Shown one piece after another: positions 19,816 to 29,670 of a stretch of DNA of 64,000 nt. The DNA lies in contig CATLAK010000012.1 in assembly GCA_949878435.1 (NCBI GenBank), forward strand, positions 17,123-81,122. The letters run 5' to 3'. Position numbers and translations under genes: made by a program. The DNA is from an uncultured Lachnospiraceae bacterium (lineage in GTDB: Bacteria > Bacillota > Clostridia > Lachnospirales > Lachnospiraceae). The notes under the pieces are model-generated. The model ran no database searches and was not told where the DNA came from. It was given only the letters and a program-made list of their open reading frames with translations. The stretch's first letter is position 1, and each line of letters opens with the position of its first letter.

Positions 19816-20922
19816 ATGAAAAATAAATTGATTTATCTGTTTGTGCTTTTGCTTACTTTGTTTATTGCGATTGTAAGTCCGTATGAATTTCCGGTCTTTA
19901 TGCTGGCGTTTGAACTGATTTTTCTGGCAGTGCTCTTGCTGTTTCCCATATATTTGTCCAGAAAGATAAAAATCAGTTTACAGGTTCCAAGTCTGACAGT
20001 GCCAAAGCAGGAACCGATATTGATAGAAATAAAGATTGAAAACACTTCCAGACTGCCGGTTGCCAATGTGGCGGTTGGGATTTCTTATATAGATGGTTTT
20101 GATAAGACAGAAATAAGCGAGAGAACCCTAGGGATGGTGGACTCCCGCAGCACAGTAATATTAAGATTGAAAATAACAGCTAGATATGCCGGGAAGGTCA
20201 GTTTCCGGCTGGATCAGGCGAAAATATATGATTATTTGAAGCTATCCGGCTGGCGGGTGAAAGTCGATAAGGACTTGATAGAGGCGCTGGTAGTGCCGGA
20301 TATGTATGAGATAAGGTTAGACCTTGACAATATGACCATGCGTCTGGGGGAAGAGGGGGATTTCCATTCCCATGAGCGGAGCGGTGATGATGTTTCAGAG
20401 GTATTTGACACCAGAGCCTTCCGGGACGGTGATACGCTGCAGAAGATCCATTGGAAATTAAGTGCAAAGGCAGATGAGCTATTAGTAAGGGAGTTCAGTA
20501 TGCCGATAGAAAATATGGTACTGCTGCTTGTCGATTTACAGTGGTCCGGGACGCAGAAATGGACGCATATGCAGTCGGACGGCATGCTGACAATGATTGC
20601 TTCGGTCTCTTACAGCCTGCTGGTGCAGGGGTGTCCTCATGAGGTGGCGTGGTTAAATGGATCTCTGGATGAGTTCATCCGGCTCCCGATTACTTCTGAG
20701 GAGGATATCTATGAACTGGCTGGTTCCCTTATGGATGCGGGCGTGTATGAAGATCAGTGTGATTTAGAAGATGCTTACATGGAGAGCTATTCGCTGGGCA
20801 GCAGCAGTAAAGTTTTGAAAGTGGATACCCACTGGAATCTTTATCTGGAAGGGGTATGTGTGGCATCTCTTGCTGATAAAGATATCGGCAAGGCGCTGCC
20901 TGAGCTCTTTATTGGCGTATAA
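19816..20922 (+). CDS. DUF58 domain protein
   Basis: N-terminal TMs, RAFRDGDTLQKIHWKLSAK; follows moxR. Confidence 0.88.
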   Translation: MKNKLIYLFVLLLTLFIAIVSPYEFPVFMLAFELIFLAVLLLFPIYLSRKIKISLQVPSLTVPKQEPILIEIKIENTSRLPVANVAVGISYIDGFDKTEISERTLGMVDSRSTVILRLKITARYAGKVSFRLDQAKIYDYLKLSGWRVKVDKDLIEALVVPDMYEIRLDLDNMTMRLGEEGDFHSHERSGDDVSEVFDTRAFRDGDTLQKIHWKLSAKADELLVREFSMPIENMVLLLVDLQWSGTQKWTHMQSDGMLTMIASVSYSLLVQGCPHEVAWLNGSLDEFIRLPITSEEDIYELAGSLMDAGVYEDQCDLEDAYMESYSLGSSSKVLKVDTHWNLYLEGVCVASLADKDIGKALPELFIGV

Positions 20923-20927
20923 GGCTG

Positions 20928-23450
20928 GTGTGGGATATGAAGGCTTTAATAAAGAAGAAAAAGAAAGAGCAGGTCCATAGTGAAGATATCTGCATTACAG
21001 CCAGAGAATTGGTTCAGACAGAAGGAAGAAAGACGAATAAGCTGTTTTCTTTTGGAATACTTGTAATACTTTTGCTTATGGCAGCGGCGGGATTCGCTGG
21101 AACTTTCATTTCTGCGTTTTCCCTTCCCTATATTGCCCCTGTATTTTTTCCGTTTCTTTTGGTGGTCTGCCTGTTCTGGGCAGGATTTTCCAGATTGAAA
21201 ATGGAAGGAATCTATAGATTCTTGGCTTTGCTGGCATCGCTCATAGCGTTCAGTGTGATTCTCTTGATTTTGCAGAGTTATGTCATTTCCGGTTTCCTGG
21301 AAACGATGAACTGTGTTATGATAAAACTGAATGAGGGCTATGACGGAAATCTGGCGCTGTATCAGGTGGCAGTAAATCCGGTACATGTTACGTTTTTCTT
21401 AGTTTTTGCAAGTTTCCTGATAGCAGGAATCATTTCAGCGGGTGTGATGTACCGCCCTAATGTATGGTGCCTTATGGCGGTATTCTTTCCGCTTTTGGCA
21501 GGCGTGCTGCTGGCAGGCGGCATTCCAAATGTATTATTTTTGTGTTTGATCATGTTGTCTTTGGTGGGAACGATTACCGCTTCGGCGTTGAAGGATCCGC
21601 CTACCTTCTGGAAAGAAGGCGACCAGGAGCAGTTTGCACAGAATATGCATTGCTATGAGAGCATCCGAAGTAAGACTGTTTTGTTTATCAGCATTCTCGT
21701 GATAACGCTGGCAGTGCCTGCCTTTTTCCTGTTAAAACCGGGGATTTCTGTTCCGATAGAATTGGCGAGAGAGTCCGGCATGAAAGCGGAAAATGGTATT
21801 CTGCAGGCGGTGTGGAGTATTTTGCCTAAGGTTTCCGGTGGAAGGCTGAAGCTGTCGCTGGAAGGAACCGGCGGCGGTGTGGATGATGGAACCTTAGGGG
21901 AAGTGGAAGGGTATTATTTCGGCAAGGTGCAGGCACTCAAGCTGACTGCGCCGGAACGACCGGAGGAGACCGTTTATTTAAAAGGATTTGTAGGTTCCCT
22001 TTACAGTGGAAACAGGTTTGATGCCATAGATGAATCCGTCTTTTTAAATGCGGCATCGAACTGGAAGACCCAGGATAATCCGGGGTTATACATTCAAAAT
22101 CTTCCGTTTCTTAGGATGATGTATTCTGAAAATGTCACATTCTCTGAAAATGAGGATGATGTGACGCCGGAGCTTGCAGGGGAGGTGGCGACTTCTGCAA
22201 AAGAACTGACGGTAGAGAATTTAGACGCCAATGATGCCTATACGTATCTGCCCTATAATGCTTTCTTGAATGAGTATTATGTGATGCTTGCCGGGGACGG
22301 CGCCGTGGAAGGGCAGACGAGGCAGGAGGATATCTTTTCTTATTATGCAAGGGAAGGCTATCAGGAAGCCATGGAAGAATGGATGCTTCATGAAGACTAT
22401 CACAGTGTTTTGGATGAGGCGTTTACCTCTTATGAGAATTATGCTAAAGTGGTGGATCTGCAGATGCCGGAGGACGGTCTTAGCAGGCTCCGCGCGGAGT
22501 GTGAAGCCATGGAGCTTTCAGATTTAGATGAGATCAGGGAGTATGTGGTAGATACCCTTTCCCAGAATTATACTTTTAACAGGGATGTGGAATCCCTGCC
22601 TGAGGGAAAGGACTTTGTGGAGTGGTTTTTGTATGAAAAGAAAGAGGGATATTCCACGCACTTTGCGGCGGCGGCGACGATGATGTTCCGCATGTTCGGC
22701 GTCCCGGCAAGATATGTAGTCGGGTATGTGGCGCCGAAGAGTATCTTTTCCAGACAGACGGACGGTACTTATACGGCAATCCTTGAGGATGACAACGCCC
22801 ATGCATGGACGGAGATTTTCATCTCCGGTGTGGGGTGGGTGCCGGTGGAGACCACGCCGGGCTTTGTGGCGATGCTGGAAGAAGCGGATTATGAAGCCCA
22901 GGGCTCCGGTGCAGAGACTGCATCAAAGACTTCGGATGAGAAGGAAGAGGAAGATTTGCCTAAGGAAGAGGCGGAGGATTCCCCAAATCTGGGAGGCGGG
23001 GAAGAAACATCGCCCTTGGGAATCTGGATGATTTTAAGCTTAGCGGCGGGCGTCCTTCTGATTAATTTGTTGGTATTATTGTTTGCTCATAGACGGTATC
23101 TGCTTAAAAGAAGGCTTGGCAGGGTGCCGCAGGCAGACGTAAAGGAAAATATGAAATCTGTTTATAAGAGCTTTTATGAGATGCTCTTGTTTGACGGATG
23201 GGAAAGGCATCTTGGATGTTCTGACGATGCATTCCCTTCGGAGGTTGCAAAGAAATATAAGGATCTTCCGGCAGAGCAGATGGAAGTTCTGGCACAGATT
23301 ATTCTGGAGACCCATTATGGCTACAGGAAACAGGGAAAGAAAGAACTTTCGTTTGTGCAAAGCGCTTATATTAAGCTGGGCAAGGCGGTTTACAAAAGAC
23401 AGCGTCTTAAGAAAAAGATTCAGTTTAAGCTGATTAAGTGCTACTTATAA
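20928..23450 (+). CDS. Membrane transglutaminase-like protein (catalytic Cys replaced by Ser)
   Basis: Multi-TM N-terminus; GYSTHFAAA...GVPARYVVGY...HAWTE...GWVPVETTP; C-terminal TM. Confidence 0.85.
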   Translation: MWDMKALIKKKKKEQVHSEDICITARELVQTEGRKTNKLFSFGILVILLLMAAAGFAGTFISAFSLPYIAPVFFPFLLVVCLFWAGFSRLKMEGIYRFLALLASLIAFSVILLILQSYVISGFLETMNCVMIKLNEGYDGNLALYQVAVNPVHVTFFLVFASFLIAGIISAGVMYRPNVWCLMAVFFPLLAGVLLAGGIPNVLFLCLIMLSLVGTITASALKDPPTFWKEGDQEQFAQNMHCYESIRSKTVLFISILVITLAVPAFFLLKPGISVPIELARESGMKAENGILQAVWSILPKVSGGRLKLSLEGTGGGVDDGTLGEVEGYYFGKVQALKLTAPERPEETVYLKGFVGSLYSGNRFDAIDESVFLNAASNWKTQDNPGLYIQNLPFLRMMYSENVTFSENEDDVTPELAGEVATSAKELTVENLDANDAYTYLPYNAFLNEYYVMLAGDGAVEGQTRQEDIFSYYAREGYQEAMEEWMLHEDYHSVLDEAFTSYENYAKVVDLQMPEDGLSRLRAECEAMELSDLDEIREYVVDTLSQNYTFNRDVESLPEGKDFVEWFLYEKKEGYSTHFAAAATMMFRMFGVPARYVVGYVAPKSIFSRQTDGTYTAILEDDNAHAWTEIFISGVGWVPVETTPGFVAMLEEADYEAQGSGAETASKTSDEKEEEDLPKEEAEDSPNLGGGEETSPLGIWMILSLAAGVLLINLLVLLFAHRRYLLKRRLGRVPQADVKENMKSVYKSFYEMLLFDGWERHLGCSDDAFPSEVAKKYKDLPAEQMEVLAQIILETHYGYRKQGKKELSFVQSAYIKLGKAVYKRQRLKKKIQFKLIKCYL

Positions 23451-23506
23451 GAGAAATATAGGAAGCATGCTGCAGGCAGTTTAAGCGGTGTGCGGGGGAG
23501 ATAGAG

Positions 23507-24229
23507 ATGAGAAGACGTTTGCCGGTGGTTCTGGCGGCTATTGTCTGCCTAGCTGGGCTGGGGGTGCTTTTGTATCCCACGATCAGCAACTGGTGGAATC
23601 TGTGGATGCAGTCCAGGCTGATTACAGAGTATGAGAGAAAAGTGGAAGAACTGGATACGGAGCAATTTACGGAAATCTATGATGCAGCAAAGGCTTATAA
23701 CGAAAAGTTGTTCCAGCTGGGGATTTCATTTGCTAATGTAGATGCAAATGATGAAAGGCTCAGCGTGAACGGTCAGAATTATGACCAGCTCCTTAACATA
23801 AATGGAAACGGCGTGATGGGGTATGTAATCATAGAAAAGATTGGCGTCCGGCTTGCCATCAGCCATGGGACAGAGGATGAGGTACTTCATGACGGTGTAG
23901 GGCATTTAAAAGGCAGTTCCCTTCCGGTGGGAGGAGAAAGCACCCATGCCGCACTATTTGGACACAGAGGATTGCCGTCGGCACTGCTTTTTACGGATTT
24001 GGACCAGATGGAAATCGGCGATTATTTTCAGGTCAATATCCTTGGCAGGGTCCTGAATTATCAGGTGGATCAGATTCTGGTGATTGAACCCCACGAAACA
24101 GATCCGCTGGAAATCGTGGAAGGAAAAGATTATGTCACATTGGTGACCTGCACCCCTTATGCGGTGAATACCCACAGGCTTTTGATCAGAGGGGTCCGGG
24201 TAGAGGAAGAAACAAATAGCAATGAGTAG
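23507..24229 (+). CDS. Second class C sortase (no C-terminal TM)
   Basis: GHRGLPSA, TLVTCTPY, HRLLIRG. Confidence 0.9.
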   Translation: MRRRLPVVLAAIVCLAGLGVLLYPTISNWWNLWMQSRLITEYERKVEELDTEQFTEIYDAAKAYNEKLFQLGISFANVDANDERLSVNGQNYDQLLNINGNGVMGYVIIEKIGVRLAISHGTEDEVLHDGVGHLKGSSLPVGGESTHAALFGHRGLPSALLFTDLDQMEIGDYFQVNILGRVLNYQVDQILVIEPHETDPLEIVEGKDYVTLVTCTPYAVNTHRLLIRGVRVEEETNSNE

Positions 24230-24290
24230 GCTGGAACTTGGAAAGTGTCACTGGCTGTTTCATCAGATGTAGAGAAAAGAGGGAGATTAG

Positions 24291-25928
24291 ATGAAAATGA
24301 AAAGGTGGATAAGAAAAGTCGTTCCAATCGTGGGCGCGGTAATGATCATGATGTTCACCAGCATTGTCGCTTATGCTGACGGGGATATCAGCGGGGACGG
24401 AAGTCTCACCATCGATGTCCGCGACGGAGAGGAAGGCATCAGCGGTGCAGAGTTTACAATCTATAAGGTGCAGCACTGGACCAAAGCAGGTGCAGATCAG
24501 GATCTTGAATGGTCCGGAGATTTTAAAGACTTCGGCAGCCAGAACATCGGGAGCCTGCGCGGACAGTCCGCAAAGTTCTTAAAGGAAGCAGCTGAGTCCC
24601 TGCATACCTATATCAGTGGAGAGAATAAGATTGCATCCTATAGCATAGGTTCTTCGGGAACGAACGGAGTGGCATCATTCTCTAAGCTGGAACCGGGCGT
24701 ATATCTGGTAGTGGTAACGAAGCAGCCTGATGGATATACGGTGACGTCTCCTTTCCTGGCATTTGTGCCGAGGGTGGATAAGAACGGTGACGTACATTAT
24801 AATGTGAGTGTGGAGGCAAAGCTGGAAGCAGTGCCGATGCCTACACCTACGCCGAGCGCGACACCAACAGCGACGCCGTCCGCAACCCCGGGACCGACAG
24901 CGACACCGGGACCTACAGGGGCGCCTACGCCGAGACCGACGACACCGCCGCCAGCGACACCGGGACCTACGGGAGCGCCTACGCCGGGACCGACAGATCC
25001 GCCGCCGGCACCTACAGCGCCAGCGACTCCGGCACCGCAGAGTCCTACAGATCCGCCGTCACAGCCAACGGATCCGCCGCAGATTACGAACAGGTCGACT
25101 CCGACCCCGACGCCTGACCAGGCAGTGCTTGGCATGCGCCGTAGAAGGGGATGGGAAAAGGGCGTGTTAGGAAGAAGAAGGCTTCCGCAGACGGGAACGC
25201 TGCAGTGGCCGATACCGGTGCTTGCAGGAATGGGCGTGCTCTTGTTCTTCATCGGATGGATGAGAAAGTACGGAAGGAAGAATAAAGGGGAAGACGGAAA
25301 GGCAAAGAAAGGAAGGGGCATGTTGCTCATGAGCGTTGGACCGCTTATGATTATCGGCGGCATGGGAATCCTTTTCTATAATAATTGGGATAATGCAAGA
25401 GCAGAGCGGGCAGCGGAAAGCGTGCTTGTACAGATAGAGCAGAATGCCCAGCAGGAGCAGACAGCGGAAGCTGTACAGCCGCAACTGGATATGCTGCTGG
25501 AGGAAATCCCGGAAGAGGTCGATACCACCATGGGAACGATTGAAGTGGACGGTTTCACCTATATTGGAGAAGTTGCAATTCCGGCAATCGATATCTCACT
25601 TCCTGTCATGAATTCCGTTACCAGTGAGGGTCTTAAGATTGCGCCGGGCAGATATGAAGGCAATTACAATGAAAACTCTTTGATTATTGCAGCACATAAT
25701 TATCAGAGGCATTTTGGCAACATCAAGTATCTTTCGCCGGGAGATCAGGTAGTCTTTCTGGATGTGGACGGTGGAGAACACTTCTATGAAGTAGCCGAGA
25801 TCGAGACGGTGGGCGGCAAGAAGGTGTCAAAGATGTCTGAAGGAGAATGGGATCTGACTTTGTTCACCTGTACATACGGGGGAAGGAACAGGGTGACTGT
25901 AAGATGTACCCTGCAGGAAGAAGCATAA
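24291..25928 (+). CDS. Fusion of pilin domain + Pro/Thr linker + LPQTG sorting signal + sortase domain
   Basis: Signal peptide, GVYLVVVTKQPDGY, PT repeats, LPQTG at 25182-25196, two TMs, then IIAAHNY / LTLFTCT / RNRV sortase motifs, all in one frame. Confidence 0.85.
   Translation: MKMKRWIRKVVPIVGAVMIMMFTSIVAYADGDISGDGSLTIDVRDGEEGISGAEFTIYKVQHWTKAGADQDLEWSGDFKDFGSQNIGSLRGQSAKFLKEAAESLHTYISGENKIASYSIGSSGTNGVASFSKLEPGVYLVVVTKQPDGYTVTSPFLAFVPRVDKNGDVHYNVSVEAKLEAVPMPTPTPSATPTATPSATPGPTATPGPTGAPTPRPTTPPPATPGPTGAPTPGPTDPPPAPTAPATPAPQSPTDPPSQPTDPPQITNRSTPTPTPDQAVLGMRRRRGWEKGVLGRRRLPQTGTLQWPIPVLAGMGVLLFFIGWMRKYGRKNKGEDGKAKKGRGMLLMSVGPLMIIGGMGILFYNNWDNARAERAAESVLVQIEQNAQQEQTAEAVQPQLDMLLEEIPEEVDTTMGTIEVDGFTYIGEVAIPAIDISLPVMNSVTSEGLKIAPGRYEGNYNENSLIIAAHNYQRHFGNIKYLSPGDQVVFLDVDGGEHFYEVAEIETVGGKKVSKMSEGEWDLTLFTCTYGGRNRVTVRCTLQEEA
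24833..25115 (+). repeat. GC-rich Pro/Thr/Ala coding repeats
   Basis: ATPGPTGAPTP-type units. Confidence 0.8.
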
Positions 25929-25950
25929 GAATAAGATATAAGGATAAGCT

Positions 25951-26724
25951 GTGGGGAATACCCACAGCTTATTTTTCATACATATAAAGGAGGGTAAATG
26001 TAAGAGGCGCAGCGTGACAAACAATCAAAACAGAATCTTGAAGTTGGTGATGGCAGGAATTTTAATGTTCTCTATGTTTGTTGTGGCGAGGGAAGGTGCC
26101 GTCTATGTAAATTCAACGCAGGTGGAAGAAAAGAGGGATATCTGCGTAGTGATCGATGCAGGGCATGGTGGCGCTGATCCTGGTAAGGTCGGGATCAACA
26201 ACCAATTGGAAAAGGATATTAATCTGCAGATTGCACATTTGTTAAAGCAGTTTTTACAAGCAGAGGGTATCACGGTGGTGATGACCCGGGAGGGGGATGC
26301 CGGGCTGTATGATGAGAATGCATCCAACAAGAAGGTACAGGATATGAAAAGAAGGCTGGCGATGATCGAGGAAGCGGAACCGGTATTGGTAGTCAGTATC
26401 CATCAGAACAGTTACCATGAGGAGTATGTAAAGGGAGCACAGGTATTTTATTATGATACCAGCCAAAACAGTAAACAGCTTGCCATGATCATACAGGAAC
26501 AGCTTCGCAGTTTAGATCCTGAAAACAAAAGGGAGGCAAAGGGAAATGACAGCTATTTCCTTTTAAAGAAAACGTCGAAACCGATTGTGATTGTTGAGTG
26601 CGGATTCTTGTCCAACCGGGAGGAGGCAGAAGAATTGTCTACGCCGTTGTATCAGGAGAAGGTGGCTTGGAATATCCATATGGGAATCATGAAATACTTG
26701 AATGGGGTTGAGGCGGGGGAGTGA
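25951..26724 (+). CDS. N-acetylmuramoyl-L-alanine amidase (Amidase_3, CwlD-like); start uncertain
   Basis: IDAGHGGADPG, EKDINL, SIHQN, IVECGFLSN. Confidence 0.88.
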   Translation: MGNTHSLFFIHIKEGKCKRRSVTNNQNRILKLVMAGILMFSMFVVAREGAVYVNSTQVEEKRDICVVIDAGHGGADPGKVGINNQLEKDINLQIAHLLKQFLQAEGITVVMTREGDAGLYDENASNKKVQDMKRRLAMIEEAEPVLVVSIHQNSYHEEYVKGAQVFYYDTSQNSKQLAMIIQEQLRSLDPENKREAKGNDSYFLLKKTSKPIVIVECGFLSNREEAEELSTPLYQEKVAWNIHMGIMKYLNGVEAGE

Positions 26725-26812
26725 TTCCCCGCTGATTTTATAAACATATATTTTACTTCGATACGAGAATCACGCAATCGTGGTAGTCAAAACATATAAA
26801 ATATGATAAAGT

Positions 26813-27922
26813 ATGTGTGAGAAGACGGAAGGACTTAGTGCAGAATCGATTTTACGGGGCTTATATAAAGTGAAAACAAAGGTAATAAAAATAAAAGAAG
26901 ATAATATAAATTGGCAGTATATTGAGGAGGCGGGCGCAATTATAAGGTCAGGAGGACTGGTGGCATTCCCGACGGAAACAGTATACGGTCTTGGTGGGGA
27001 TGCCTTAAATGCCGCCTCATCAGGGAAGATTTATGCGGCAAAGGGAAGACCTTCCGATAATCCGTTGATTGTACACATTGCAAGCATGGACAAGCTCTCC
27101 GCGATTGTGCGGGAGGTGCCGGAGGCTGCTTATAGACTGGCAGAGAGGTATTGGCCGGGCCCCCTTACCATGATTTTTCATAAGGCGGCATGTGTGCCAG
27201 TGCAGACTACAGGCGGACTTGAAACGGTGGCTGTGCGAATGCCGTCGCATAAGGCTGCGCAGGCATTGATTGAGGCGGCGGGAGGATATGTGGCGGCGCC
27301 CAGCGCGAACCTTTCGGGAAGACCCAGTCCTACGGCGGCGAAATATGTGATGGAAGATTTGGACGGCAGGGTAGATATGATCATTGACGGGGGAGAGGCT
27401 GATATCGGGTTGGAGTCCACGATCCTTGATCTGACAGGCGAGGTTCCTGTGATTTTGAGACCGGGATATATTACGGAAGAAATGCTTGAAGAGACAATTG
27501 GAAGGGTTGATACAGATAGGACGATCCTGGATGGAAATTCAAGTCAGGCGCCCAAGGCGCCAGGAATGAAATACAGGCATTATGCACCTAAGGGAAGTCT
27601 GGTTTTGATTGAAGGAACGCAGGTACAAGTGGTTTCTTATATAAATGAGCAATTGCAGCGATACCGTTTGGAGGGAATCAAAACTGGCGTGATCGCGACG
27701 GATGAAACAAAGGATAGATATCTTGCAGACAGTATCAAAAGTGTAGGAAAGCGTGAGGATGAGGAGCAGATTGCAAGGCAGCTTTTTAAAATCCTGCGCG
27801 AATTTGATGATGATAAGGTGCAGATGATTTATGCAGAAAGTTTTGAAAGCCGCGGAGTGGGAGTGGCAATCATGAACAGACTCTTAAAGGCGGCAGGACA
27901 TCAGGTAATCTATTTGCAGTAG
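26813..27922 (+). CDS. sua5: L-threonylcarbamoyladenylate synthase Sua5/TsaC (start possibly GTG 26870)
   Basis: PTETVYGLG, KGRPSDNPLIVH, APSANLSG, APGMKYRHYAP. Confidence 0.93.
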   Translation: MCEKTEGLSAESILRGLYKVKTKVIKIKEDNINWQYIEEAGAIIRSGGLVAFPTETVYGLGGDALNAASSGKIYAAKGRPSDNPLIVHIASMDKLSAIVREVPEAAYRLAERYWPGPLTMIFHKAACVPVQTTGGLETVAVRMPSHKAAQALIEAAGGYVAAPSANLSGRPSPTAAKYVMEDLDGRVDMIIDGGEADIGLESTILDLTGEVPVILRPGYITEEMLEETIGRVDTDRTILDGNSSQAPKAPGMKYRHYAPKGSLVLIEGTQVQVVSYINEQLQRYRLEGIKTGVIATDETKDRYLADSIKSVGKREDEEQIARQLFKILREFDDDKVQMIYAESFESRGVGVAIMNRLLKAAGHQVIYLQ

Positions 27923-27969
27923 CAGCTTTTTTATAAATGAAGTGCCGCTGATGCGGCAGAGGAGGTAGA

Positions 27970-28422
27970 ATGATGATAGCGTTAGGAAGCGACCATGGCG
28001 GATATGAATTAAAATGTCATATTATGGAACATTTGGAGGAACGGGGCATTCCGTATGAGGATTTTGGGTGTTATGACTTGCAATCTTGTGATTATCCTGA
28101 TTTTGGCAGGGCGGCTGCCAAGGCGGTTGCAGGCGGCAGATGTGAGCGCGGAATTGTGGTATGTACTACGGGAATCGGCATTTCAATTGCAGCAAATAAG
28201 GTTGCCGGTATACGCTGCGCATTGTGTACGGATCCATACCTTGCCAAGATGACAAGACTGCACAATGATGCCAATATGCTTGCGCTGGGAGGCGGATTTA
28301 CAGGGAAAAATCTTGCCATTGAAATAGTGGATACCTTTCTTGACACGGAATTTTCAGAAGGTGAAAATCACGTGCGCAGAGTAAAAAAACTTGAGAATAC
28401 GGATGAAAGACGTAAAGGATAA
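27970..28422 (+). CDS. rpiB: Ribose-5-phosphate isomerase B
   Basis: GSDHGG, DYPD, CTTGIG, HNDAN. Confidence 0.92.
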   Translation: MMIALGSDHGGYELKCHIMEHLEERGIPYEDFGCYDLQSCDYPDFGRAAAKAVAGGRCERGIVVCTTGIGISIAANKVAGIRCALCTDPYLAKMTRLHNDANMLALGGGFTGKNLAIEIVDTFLDTEFSEGENHVRRVKKLENTDERRKG

Positions 28423-28432
28423 GTAGAGAAAG

Positions 28433-29599
28433 ATGAGAAGAGTAAAGAAAAAAAGCATTGCTGTGTTCATGGCAAGCGTTGTTTTGGTATGTGCTTTTCC
28501 CATAACTGCGTATGCCGATAAGATATCGGAGCTGGAAGAAGAGATTAACAAAAGAAATGCTGAAAAGGAGCAGACAGAAAACGAAATCAACGAAAAGAAG
28601 GATGAACTGGAGGACCTTAACCAGACTACGGAAGGGCTTAAAGGGCAGCTGAACAGTTTGAATGCGGATCTGACTACAATCAGTAATAATCTTGCCGATC
28701 TTGAGCAGAAAATAGAGGTCAAGAATGGGGAAATCGAGACCACCCAGAGCGAGTTAGATGAGGCAAGGAGAATCGAGGAAGAGCAGTATGCTGCTATGAA
28801 GAAGCGGGTTCAGTTCATGTATGAAAAGCGGGATTTTGTAATGCTGGAAATGCTCTTCGGCTCAGCGAGCTTTTCTGATCTGCTAAACAGGAATGATTAT
28901 ATAGAGCAGCTTTCAGAGTATGACCGTAAGGAACTGGATAGGTTCAAGGAAACCCGGCGCAGCATTGAGGAAAAGGAAGCGCAGCTGGTAAAGGAAAAAG
29001 AAGAACTGGACGAGCTTCGGGCTTCTGTTGAGCAAGAGCAGAGCCAAATGACAGGGCTGGTGAATCAGGTTTCCGGTAAGATTTCCAGCTATCGGAATGA
29101 AATTTCCCAGACGGAAGCAGAAATGCTGCAGTATGAAAAAGAACTTGAAGAACAGAAGAATGATATTGCTAATCTTCAGGCACAGCTGGCGGAGGAAAAA
29201 AGGCTTTCGGCACTGGCGGCAAAGTCTGCATGGAGAGATATTTCAGAGATTTCTTTTGCAGAAGGAGATCGGTATCTGCTGGCGAATCTGATTTATTGTG
29301 AGGCGGGGAATCAGCCTTATGAAGGACAGGTGGCAGTGGGAGCGGTGGTTATGAACCGCGTTATGAGTTCCGTGTTTCCGGACACAGTGGTAGGCGTGGT
29401 TTATCAGAATAAGCAGTTTTCACCGGTTGCCAGCGGACGCCTTGCCCTTGCCCTTGCAGAGAATCATGCTACAGCCGCATGCTACAGCGCTGCGGATGCT
29501 GCGATGGCGGGACAGACTACGGTGGGAAACTGTCTGTTTTTCAGGACACCCATCGACGGGCTTTCGGGCACTCAGATTGGCGGGCATATATTCTACTAA
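28433..29599 (+). CDS. Secreted coiled-coil protein with C-terminal SleB-like cell wall hydrolase domain
   Basis: Signal peptide, long coiled coil, EAGNQPYEGQVAVGAVVMNR, QFSP, IGGHIF. Confidence 0.87.
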   Translation: MRRVKKKSIAVFMASVVLVCAFPITAYADKISELEEEINKRNAEKEQTENEINEKKDELEDLNQTTEGLKGQLNSLNADLTTISNNLADLEQKIEVKNGEIETTQSELDEARRIEEEQYAAMKKRVQFMYEKRDFVMLEMLFGSASFSDLLNRNDYIEQLSEYDRKELDRFKETRRSIEEKEAQLVKEKEELDELRASVEQEQSQMTGLVNQVSGKISSYRNEISQTEAEMLQYEKELEEQKNDIANLQAQLAEEKRLSALAAKSAWRDISEISFAEGDRYLLANLIYCEAGNQPYEGQVAVGAVVMNRVMSSVFPDTVVGVVYQNKQFSPVASGRLALALAENHATAACYSAADAAMAGQTTVGNCLFFRTPIDGLSGTQIGGHIFY

Positions 29600-29607
29600 A
29601 ACCTAAA

Positions 29608-29649
29608 AACCGTTGCGGAAACAGTGGAATAACCTGTTCTGCAGCGGTT
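29608..29649. terminator. Hairpin between convergent genes
   Basis: AACCGTTGCGGAA...TTCTGCAGCGGTT imperfect stem. Confidence 0.55.
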
Positions 29650-29670
29650 CGTTTTGTATATAACATTTTA

